A stretch of DNA of 14,051 bases from an uncultured bacterium (GTDB lineage Bacteria > Lernaellota > Lernaellaia > Lernaellales > Lernaellaceae). The notes beneath the pieces were generated by a model. It saw nothing but the letters and a program-made list of their open reading frames with translations. It ran no database searches and had not been told where the DNA came from. Of the stretch, positions 7,529-14,051 are shown piece after piece (position 1 is the stretch's first letter; each line of letters opens with the position of its first letter). The stretch spans positions 1 through 14,051 of the forward strand of contig CAZHPN010000161.1 in the NCBI GenBank assembly GCA_964534375.1, written 5' to 3'. The position numbers and the translations under genes were made by a program.

Positions 7529-9100
7529 CTACTTGGCGAACTCGACCGCTCGATGTTCGCGGATGCACGTCACGCGGATCTGGCCCGGATAGCTCAGGTC
7601 CGCCTCGATCTTGCGGGCGATGTCTTTGGAGAGCAGGACCGTGCGGTCGTCGTCGACGCGATCGGCCTGCACGATGATGCGGATTTCGCGGCCGGCCTGG
7701 ATCGCAAAGCAGCTTTCCACGCCGTCGAAATCCTTGGCGATGCGTTCGAGGTCTTCCAGCCGCTTGACGTAGGTTTCCAGCATTTCGCGGCGCGCGCCGG
7801 GCCGGGCGCCGGAAAGCGCGTCGGCGGCCTGGACGATGGCGTCGAGCACGGACGCCTGTTTGACCTCTTCGTGGTGGGCGCCGATCGCATGGACGATTTC
7901 GGGCGCCTCGCCGTACTTGCGCGCCAGGTCCATGCCGATGATGGCGTGGCTGCCTTCCACCTCGTGATCGACGGCCTTGCCGATGTCATGGAGCAAACCG
8001 GCGCGCTTGGCGATCTTGACGTTCTGGCCGAGTTCCGCGGCCATGACGCCGGCGATGAAGCCGACCTCGATCGCGTGCTGCAGGATGTTCTGCGCGTAAC
8101 TCGTGCGGAACTTCAAGCGGCCGATCAGCTTGACCAGGTCGGGGTGGATGCCATGGACGCCCATGTCGAACGTCGCCTGTTCGCCCGCCTGCTGCATATC
8201 CTGATCGACCTCGGCGGTCACTTTGACGACGATCTCCTCGATGCGGCCCGGATGGATGCGGCCGTCGGAGATGAGCCGTTCGAGGCTGATCCGCGCGACC
8301 TCGCGCCGCACCGGGTTGTGGCACGACAGCACCACCGTTTCCGGCGTGTCGTCGACGATGAAATCGACGCCGGTCGCCGCTTCGAGCGCGCGGATATTGC
8401 GCCCTTCGCGGCCGATGATGCGGCCCTTCATGTCGTCGTTGGGCAGGTTGACGACGCTGACCGTGCGCTCGGCGACGTACTCGCCGGCGTACCGCTGAAT
8501 GGCGAGCGAAATGATCTTCTTCGCGTCGTTGTCGGCGGTTTTCTTCGCGGCTTCGGTAATTTCCCGGATCATCCGCGCCGCCTCGTGTTTCGCCTCGCTC
8601 TCCATCGAATGGATCAGGTGCTGTTTGGCCTCTTCCTGGCTCATCGCGGCGACGCGTTCGAGCTTCGACTGCCACTCCTGCACCATCGCCTCGTACTTCT
8701 TTTCCTGCTGGCCCAGCGCCGCGTCGCGCACCACGACGATGCGTTCGCGCGCCGTCACTTCGACCTCCTTTTCGTCCAATACCGAGGCCTTGCGGTCGAG
8801 GTTGTCCTCTTTCACCGCGAGCCGCTTCTCGAAGTTGTCGAGTTCTTTGCGGCCTTCTTTCAGTTCCTTTTCCGTTTGTTCCTGCAATTGCAGGGTGCGT
8901 TCCTTGACTTGCAGTTCCGCGTCTTTGACCAGCGACTGCGCCTTGTTTTTCGCATCTTCAACAATCTTCTGGGACTGGCTTTCCGCGTCCGCCGACTTTT
9001 TGCTGGTCGCCGACCGGTTAATGAAATAACCGGCCACCAACCCGATCACGAGGGCGACGACGAAAGCCAGAACCACAAGAATCAACATGAGTGGTTCCAC
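7529..9100 (-). CDS. rny: Ribonuclease Y (523 aa)
   Basis: N-terminal TM anchor, coiled coil, KH motif MKGRIIGREGRNIRALE, HD domain RAGLLHDIGKAVDHEVEGSH, ADALSGARPGARRE, YPGQIRVTCIRE. GTG start with AAGGAG ribosome-binding site. Confidence 0.98.
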   Translation of the reverse strand: MEPLMLILVVLAFVVALVIGLVAGYFINRSATSKKSADAESQSQKIVEDAKNKAQSLVKDAELQVKERTLQLQEQTEKELKEGRKELDNFEKRLAVKEDNLDRKASVLDEKEVEVTARERIVVVRDAALGQQEKKYEAMVQEWQSKLERVAAMSQEEAKQHLIHSMESEAKHEAARMIREITEAAKKTADNDAKKIISLAIQRYAGEYVAERTVSVVNLPNDDMKGRIIGREGRNIRALEAATGVDFIVDDTPETVVLSCHNPVRREVARISLERLISDGRIHPGRIEEIVVKVTAEVDQDMQQAGEQATFDMGVHGIHPDLVKLIGRLKFRTSYAQNILQHAIEVGFIAGVMAAELGQNVKIAKRAGLLHDIGKAVDHEVEGSHAIIGMDLARKYGEAPEIVHAIGAHHEEVKQASVLDAIVQAADALSGARPGARREMLETYVKRLEDLERIAKDFDGVESCFAIQAGREIRIIVQADRVDDDRTVLLSKDIARKIEADLSYPGQIRVTCIREHRAVEFAK

Positions 9101-9114
9101 TTTACGACTCCTTC

Positions 9115-9500
9115 AAGTTATGTAATCGCCCGCCGGAACGTTGTGCGCCGGTGGACGGAACGAACCTCCGCCACAACCGGCAAGCCGGACTCAGGAAGGG
9201 GACGACAGCGGCGAGACGCCGGCAACGCTCGGATACGGTCCGTTGCGGAGAATCCGCCGATCGGCCGAATCAGCTCATCAAGACGCCGATTCGGACCAAT
9301 GGCGAGAGAATCCGTTGCCCGACCCAGTTATTCCCTGTGGTCGCAACTGTCTCCGCACAGAACTGCCGGCACGTTGACTTCGACGGCCGAAGCCGTCGAA
9401 TGCAAACTTGAAGCGGCCGTGAGACCGGCCGACCAAACATGTCGCTCTCCCTCGAATTCCGCTTGCTTTCCTCGGTTGTCGAACCGAACCGATCTATATG
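9115..9500 (-). other. Candidate structured RNA (rny 5' leader or independent ncRNA)
   Basis: Several hairpins and nested long-range helices; UUCG loops and G-U pairs occur in the minus-strand orientation. Not matched by me to any known RNA family. Confidence 0.45.
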
Positions 9501-9509
9501 ATGAAACAA

Positions 9510-9686
9510 TCCCCCGCGCTAACCGTGTGGGCCGTCAATTTGATCCCATCCCAATTAAGGTGGGCGCCATTTTGCCGCCGAAAGGGAGGCTTTTGATCGT
9601 CTCGCTTATGAACGGCAGGGGATCGCTCCCGTACAAACAGTAATGGGTCAAAAGTTCTAAGGTCCATCACGCGAAAGCGCAGGGGA
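9510..9686 (-). ncRNA. ssrS: 6S RNA
   Basis: About 177 nt directly downstream of zapA, a conserved position. Minus strand tcccctgcgct...cgtg...tttgacccat...gggagc...ggcgcccacc...atgggatcaaa...cacggttagcgcggggg: ends are complementary and form a long rod with a central bulge. Confidence 0.85.
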
Positions 9687-9726
9687 ACGCTGAAAACCCC
9701 GGGAATGCTCCCTTCCGCCTCGATGG

Positions 9727-10011
9727 CTACTGCAATCGACTATCGATGAAGTTGACCAGTTCGAGGCACTTCTTATCGACTTTTTCGCACAGTTCTTTTT
9801 GCAAACCGCGCTGTTTAAAGAACTCGTCGGCAATGTCGAGGGCGGCGAGAATGGCCACGTTCAGGCTGGAAGTCGTCTGCGATTCCGCGGCGATGCGCTC
9901 CATCTTGTCGTTCACGTACTCGGCGATTTCGCGCAAATAATTGTCGTCGCTTTCGGTAGAAAGCAGCATCTTGCGCCCCAGAATCTGGACTTCCACGTGC
10001 CGCCCGGCCAT
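9727..10011 (-). CDS. zapA: Cell division protein ZapA (94 aa)
   Basis: VEVQILGRKM...DDNYLREIAEYVNDKMERI...LNVAILAALDIADEFF pattern with a C-terminal coiled coil; synteny with 6S RNA and rny. Confidence 0.93.
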   Translation of the reverse strand: MAGRHVEVQILGRKMLLSTESDDNYLREIAEYVNDKMERIAAESQTTSSLNVAILAALDIADEFFKQRGLQKELCEKVDKKCLELVNFIDSRLQ

Positions 10012-10037
10012 TTTCTCTTGCCTCTCTCCTCGCGGTC

Positions 10038-10067
10038 ATTTTACGGGCGACCGAAACACATTGTCAA
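10038..10067 (-). promoter_or_regulatory. sigma70 promoter of the zapA-6S RNA-rny unit
   Basis: Minus strand TTGACA (10067-10062), 18-nt spacer, TAAAAT (10043-10038), followed by AGGAG before the zapA ATG. Confidence 0.75.
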
Positions 10068-10142
10068 GGAATACTGCGCATTTTTTAATGCGCGTTTTCC
10101 AACAGTTGTTTTTTTCGACAGCGCCGTCGAAAGCGAAAAAAG

Positions 10143-10449
10143 GCTGTGAGGCCGGAGGGCTGAGAGACTGGGAGGTCGCGAGGCTGGGAGACTGGGTCGC
10201 TGAGAGACTGGGAGGCTGCCAAGAAACTGAAGCCTGAAATTAATATACCAGGGAATCGCAAACTGGAAGGAAGATTGAAAGATTGAGAGATTGAGAGCCC
10301 CGGTCGTGAGAGATCCCGGTGGCCGGCAGAATGGAACAGCCGAACACCGAAAAAACCGGTACTCCGGCAACCTGGAAAACGGTCGCAAGGCAGGAGGCCT
10401 TTCGGCCTGTCAGCGTTTCCGCCTCTCGGTCTTCCAGTCTCCCAGCCTG
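10143..10449. repeat. Mosaic of degenerate octamer-period arrays downstream of tRNA-Leu
   Basis: gctgagag/actgggag/gctgggag units (about 10158-10217) and agattgaa/agattgag units (about 10272-10297), with reverse-complement units tcttccagtctcccagcc (about 10430-10447). Confidence 0.7.
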
Positions 10450-10451
10450 TT

Positions 10452-10534
10452 TGCTGAAGGGGGGATTTGAACCCCCACGGTCGTCGACCGCCACCCCCTC
10501 AAGATGGTGTGTCTACCAATTCCACCACTTCAGC
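10452..10534 (-). tRNA. tRNA-Leu (anticodon GAG), CCA not encoded
   Basis: gctgaagtggtggaattggtagacacaccatcttGAGggggtggcggtcgacgaccgtgggggttcaaatccccccttcagca: acceptor stem gctgaag/cttcagc, long variable arm, GTTCAAATC T-loop. Position after secG is typical. Confidence 0.96.
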
Positions 10535-10556
10535 ATATGTGCCGCGGACGGTTAAG

Positions 10557-10611
10557 CGGGATTCGGGACTCGGGATCGGGAATTCCGCACTCCGCATTCC
10601 GCATTCCGCAA
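10557..10611. repeat. Inverted heptamer arrays between secG and tRNA-Leu
   Basis: cgggatt-cgggact-cgggat-cgggaat followed by tccgcac-tccgcat-tccgcat-tccgcaa. Confidence 0.8.
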
Positions 10612-10619
10612 TTTTATCG

Positions 10620-11126
10620 TTATCCTTCGTCTTTGGCCGGAGCCGCCGGCGGCGGAGCCGCTGGGGCCGCCGGAGCGGCGGCGGGAGGCGGCGCGACAAC
10701 GCCCGTGGCGCCCGTCGGAGCCGCGGGGGCCGCCGGAGCGGCCGGCGCCGCGGGAACCGCAGTCGCCGGAGCCGGAGCCGTGGCCGGAGCGGCGTTTTGC
10801 TGGTCGGCCGGCGCGTTTTCTTCGTCCGCCGGAGCGCCCGGGACGGCCGACGGCATGCCGCCGTGCCGGGTGACCGTGCGGGTCACCGTGCCCTCGTGCG
10901 CGCTGGTGTAGGCCAGCCCCAGACATGTAAACATGAACAGAATCGCCGTGCCGCTGGTCAGTTTAGTCAGGAACGTGCCGGCGCCCGAGCTGCCGAACAG
11001 CGAATTCGCGCTGCCGCCGCCGAGCATGGCGCCCAGGTCGGCGCCTTTGCCGGCCTGCAACAGGATCACGAGGATCAGCACGATGCAGACCACCACGTGA
11101 ACCAGCGAGATAATTGTCGAAATCAT
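10620..11126 (-). CDS. secG: Preprotein translocase subunit SecG with a long Ala/Pro-rich C-terminal tail (168 aa)
   Basis: HVVVCIVLILVILLQAGKGADLGAMLGGGSANSLFGSSGAGTFLTKLTSGTAILFMFTCLGLAY is the SecG signature; followed by tRNA-Leu. Confidence 0.96.
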   Translation of the reverse strand: MISTIISLVHVVVCIVLILVILLQAGKGADLGAMLGGGSANSLFGSSGAGTFLTKLTSGTAILFMFTCLGLAYTSAHEGTVTRTVTRHGGMPSAVPGAPADEENAPADQQNAAPATAPAPATAVPAAPAAPAAPAAPTGATGVVAPPPAAAPAAPAAPPPAAPAKDEG

Positions 11127-11165
11127 AATCTGTCCGCCTCTTCTTTCCCCGAAAAGTAGGGACGA

Positions 11166-11194
11166 AATATAGCGAGGCGAATCCGCAATTGCAA
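11166..11194 (-). promoter_or_regulatory. Putative sigma70 promoter of secG-tRNA-Leu
   Basis: Minus strand TTGCAA (11194-11189), 17-nt spacer, TATATT (11171-11166). Confidence 0.6.
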
Positions 11195-11225
11195 GGGGGG
11201 ATCGCGACCGCGCCGCGGGCGCGGC

Positions 11226-11260
11226 AAAGAAGGAAAAAGGAAAAAGGCAAAAGGAAAGAA
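11226..11260. repeat. Purine-rich heptamer array (aaaaagg-type)
   Basis: aaagaagg-aaaaagg-aaaaagg-caaaagg-aaagaa in the divergent secG / radical SAM intergenic region. Confidence 0.7.
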
Positions 11261-11383
11261 CCGAGCCATAAAAAGGCGCGACCACAAAACACATCACCGA
11301 TTCACTTGGCGTCTCGGCATGTCTGGGTTTTCGTCTTCGCCGCCGCTGGGCGCCGCGCCTCGACTGCGCCATACTGGCGCCGC

Positions 11384-12301
11384 ATGGGTGAAGAGCGGTT
11401 GCCGTTTCTGACTTTCTCGCACTGGCTCAAAGAGCGGTACGGCGTGCCGGTGCGCAAGATTTCGCTCAACGCCGGGCTCGGGTGTCCGAACAAAGACGGA
11501 ACGATCTCCGCCGACGGCTGCCTTTTCTGCGACGCGAATCAGTCCGGCGCCGACCCGCAGGCCGTCGCGGGGCTCTCCGTGCGCGATCAGCTCCGCCGGC
11601 AAATCGAACGCTTCCTGGCGCGGCAGCGCCAGCCGCACAAGTTCCTCGCCTATCTGCAGGCCGGCTCCAACACCTACGGCCCGCTCGACCGCCTGCGCGA
11701 GGTCTATGGTCAGGCGCTCGACCATCCGGACGTCGTGTCGCTCGCCGTGTCAACGCGGCCCGATTGCGCGCCCGACGAAATCCTCGACCTGATCGCCGCC
11801 GTGGCGGGTCGCCGCGACGTCTGGATCGAACTCGGCCTGCAATCCGCGCACGACGCCACCCTCGCCCGCCTCAACCGCGGCCACAATTTTGCACAGGTCG
11901 CCGACGCCGCGACGCGCCTCAAAGCGCACGGCTTCCTGCTTTGCCTGCACCTAATTCTCGGCCTGCCCGGCGAAACGCGCGACGACTTGCTGGCGACGAT
12001 CGACCGCGTCAACGAACTTCCCGCCGACGCGGTCAAGCTGCACCCGCTGTCGATCACGCGCGGCAGCGCGCTCGAAAGCCAGTGGCGCGCCGCGCCCTTT
12101 CCGCTCGCGACCGAGGACGAATATGCCGAACTGGCGGCGGCGGCGCTTGGCCGGCTGGCGCCGGGCACGATCGTGCAGCGTCTCGCCGGCGCCGGACGCC
12201 GCGAAGTGCACATCGCCCCGGAGTGGGCGGGAAACGTGAATCGGGTCAAAAAGCTGATTGTGCGACGGATGCAACCTCTGCAAGACCGCCCGTCGCCGTG
12301 A
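11384..12301 (+). CDS. TIGR01212-family (YhcC/YtqA-like) radical SAM protein (305 aa)
   Basis: KISLNAGLGCPNKDGTISADGCLFC cysteine motif, AYLQAGSNTY, STRPDC, WIELGLQSAHD.TL..LNRGH, HLILGLPGE, VKLHPL. Confidence 0.92.
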   Translation: MGEERLPFLTFSHWLKERYGVPVRKISLNAGLGCPNKDGTISADGCLFCDANQSGADPQAVAGLSVRDQLRRQIERFLARQRQPHKFLAYLQAGSNTYGPLDRLREVYGQALDHPDVVSLAVSTRPDCAPDEILDLIAAVAGRRDVWIELGLQSAHDATLARLNRGHNFAQVADAATRLKAHGFLLCLHLILGLPGETRDDLLATIDRVNELPADAVKLHPLSITRGSALESQWRAAPFPLATEDEYAELAAAALGRLAPGTIVQRLAGAGRREVHIAPEWAGNVNRVKKLIVRRMQPLQDRPSP

Positions 12302-12368
12302 CGATCGACTGTCGGGCATCCACAGATTACTTAGCGCTGCCTTCGGCCGCAACCAAATGATTTTTCTT

Positions 12369-12487
12369 TAGCCGCAGATTGCGCAGATTGGCGCAGATTT
12401 GCGGGCCGGGAAATCGAAATTTCGGCGGCCGAAATTTCGCCCCGGCCCGCCACGCTAATCTGCGTTCATCGGCGTAATCTGCGGTTG
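12369..12487. repeat. About 119-nt imperfect palindrome: (cgcagatt)x3 ... (aatctgcg)-type x3 around a GC-rich hairpin
   Basis: cgcagatt at 12373, 12382 and 12392; gcgggccggg/cccggcccgc; cgaaatttcgg/ccgaaatttcg; aatctgcg-type units at 12457-12484. Confidence 0.88.
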
Positions 12488-12545
12488 TATTCAACTTTCC
12501 AAATTCTTCGCGCCGAGCGAAGAAATTCGCGGATAGTAGTGCAGA

Positions 12546-13274
12546 TTACCCAGAACGCGCGCGGCGCGCCCAAAAGGCCAATCGGCGCGGCGCGAGAACG
12601 TAATCGCCGTATCGGCGCGTTGCCCGGACCGAAAAACCCGCGCGGCGAAGCTCGCGTTCGATCGAACGGCGGTCGTGAACCCGCAACGTGTGGCGTTCCT
12701 GCGAACGGCGATATTGTGCGCCGCGCCGGCGAAAAATTGTGATATCGCGCCGCAAGACGCCGCGTTTGACGTCTTCCGCGACTTCGATCAAGACGGCCCA
12801 TTCGGCGGCCGTGGTCCACGTGCGATAGTTCATCGGCTTGCCGGCGACCAGCAGATCGAAGACGAACAACCCGCCCGGCGGCAGGGCGCGCGCCACGCGC
12901 CGGAACAGCGGCCCCAGCGCCGGCGCGTTCTGGCGCCCTTCCGGTGCGTAATTGAGCGCCTCGCCGAGCGCGGTCACCGCGGCGCACGGCGGCAGGACGA
13001 AATCGAACGCCGACGCGGCGCGGAGGGTCGCCGCCGGCGCGACGGTTCGCGCCAGCGCGAGCATGGCCCGCGATGCGTCGACCCCGACGGCGGCATGGCC
13101 GGCGCGGAGCAGTTCGCGCAGCCAGATGCCGCTGCCGCACCCCAAATCGACGACGAGGCCGCCGTCGAGGCCGGCGTCGTGCAAGGCGCGGAGCAGCGCG
13201 GGCGCGGCGCCGCGCGCAAAATCGCCGAAGCCTTCGTGGTGGATCAGCGCGAGATCCGCGCCGTACAGCGGCAT
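12546..13274 (-). CDS. Class I SAM-dependent methyltransferase (242 aa)
   Basis: Motif I VVDLGCGSG, GVDASRAMLALAR, LFRRVARALPPGGLFVFDL. Confidence 0.9.
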   Translation of the reverse strand: MPLYGADLALIHHEGFGDFARGAAPALLRALHDAGLDGGLVVDLGCGSGIWLRELLRAGHAAVGVDASRAMLALARTVAPAATLRAASAFDFVLPPCAAVTALGEALNYAPEGRQNAPALGPLFRRVARALPPGGLFVFDLLVAGKPMNYRTWTTAAEWAVLIEVAEDVKRGVLRRDITIFRRRGAQYRRSQERHTLRVHDRRSIERELRRAGFSVRATRRYGDYVLAPRRLAFWARRARSG

Positions 13275-13277
13275 GAT

Positions 13278-14051
13278 CTACCGCGGCAAAGCGACGTAGA
13301 ACGTATTTTCGCCGCGCTGCACATACAGCAGCACGCGGCTGCCGGCGGGCAGTTTGGCGATGCGGCCCGCGAGATCGGTCGCCTGGTCGACGCGCTGGTT
13401 GTTCATCGTCAGAATGAGGTCGCCGCGCGCGAGGCCGACGACCGCGGCCGGGCTGAACGGCTTGACGCTCTTGACGACCACGCCGTGGCCGGGCTCGACC
13501 CCCAGGCTGTGCGCGATGTCGGCGGTTACGTCGCCCAGTTCCATCCCGAGGATCGTCACCTGCAATTGGCCGCGCGCGCCGCGTTGTTCGTTGCGGTCTT
13601 CCGGCACGCCGCCGCGCGCGTCGGCTTGCGCCTGCGCGGCGAGCTTGACCTTCACGGTCAGCGGCGTTTTGTTGCGGATCAGCTTGAGCACGACTTCTTT
13701 GCCGACGGGCGTCGAGGCGACCATCATCGGCAGCTCGTTCGACTCTTCCACCGGCCGGCCGTCGAACTCGACGATCACGTCGCCGTTCTGCACGCCCGCC
13801 TTTTGCGCCGGGCTGTTGTCGATCACCTGGTTGACCAGCGCGCCGCGGGCGCGATCGAGCCCGAAACTTTCGGCCAAGGCGTTGTCCATCGGCTGGAACG
13901 AAACGCCGAGCCAGGCGCGCGTCACCGACCCGCTTTGCTTCAATTGCGAAATGATCGACAGCGCCAGGTTGCTCGGAATCGCGAAGCCGATGCCGCCGCT
14001 GACGCCCTGCCCGCCGGGCGCCATCAGCGTGTTGATGCCGACAACGTCGCC
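13278..14051 (-). CDS. DegP/DegQ (HtrA, Do) serine endoprotease: end of the protease domain plus two PDZ domains; 5' part lies outside the window
   Basis: Frame is open to the window edge: GDVVGINTL...GGIGFAIPSN, VTRAWLGV, SPAQKAGVQNGDVIVEFDG (PDZ1), SPAAVVGLARGDLILTMN (PDZ2). Confidence 0.93.
   Translation of the reverse strand, partial: GDVVGINTLMAPGGQGVSGGIGFAIPSNLALSIISQLKQSGSVTRAWLGVSFQPMDNALAESFGLDRARGALVNQVIDNSPAQKAGVQNGDVIVEFDGRPVEESNELPMMVASTPVGKEVVLKLIRNKTPLTVKVKLAAQAQADARGGVPEDRNEQRGARGQLQVTILGMELGDVTADIAHSLGVEPGHGVVVKSVKPFSPAAVVGLARGDLILTMNNQRVDQATDLAGRIAKLPAGSRVLLYVQRGENTFYVALPR

Noticed and set aside
9270..9509. Small minus-strand ORF in the rny leader (internal ATG after GAGGGAG, MFGRPVSRPLQ...)
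   Set aside because: No recognisable protein features and it overlaps the strongest RNA helices. It cannot be excluded as a leader peptide without conservation or ribosome-profiling data.
7496..9643. 715-aa plus-strand ORF antisense to rny
   Set aside because: Shadow frame produced by high-GC codon bias on the opposite strand of a clear housekeeping gene; it also runs through the 6S RNA and has no recognisable motifs.
10452..10534. tRNA-Leu as the attachment site of a prophage or island; missing CCA as unusual
   Set aside because: No duplicated tRNA 3' end or integrase is in the window, and tRNA genes without encoded CCA are common in many bacteria.
11127..11383. Upstream extensions of the secG (to 11372) and radical SAM (from 11189) ORFs
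   Set aside because: They overlap each other, the secG promoter and a heptamer array; family similarity starts at 11126 and 11384 respectively.

Overview
High-GC bacterial chromosomal window; the gene content and the zapA-6S RNA-rny order suggest a deltaproteobacteria-like organism (inference). The left half is accessory-like: a 5'-truncated CoA-acylating (methyl)malonate-semialdehyde dehydrogenase, a DUF4410-like secreted protein, a large lipoprotein with an Asp-rich tandem-repeat linker and about 13 H[YF]DGxxW propeller-type repeats, a YciI/DGPF protein, and a GT-C (ArnT/PMT-like) membrane glycosyltransferase with a C-terminal TPR-like motif. Next comes a repeat-rich non-coding zone (6630-7470) with a yciI remnant, a 56-bp copy of the DUF4410 gene's 3' part, a 418-bp element with 47-bp terminal inverted repeats, heptamer arrays and palindromes. 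The right half is housekeeping: rny, a highly structured ~390-nt non-coding leader, 6S RNA, zapA, tRNA-Leu(GAG), secG, a TIGR01212-type radical SAM protein, a class I methyltransferase and a truncated DegP/HtrA protease. The best novelty candidates are the structured RNA between 6S RNA and rny, the direct-repeat-bounded 5.1-kb segment with its adjacent MITE-like element, and several empty short-repeat cassettes in intergenic spaces. No CRISPR array, reverse transcriptase, integrase or transposase is visible.
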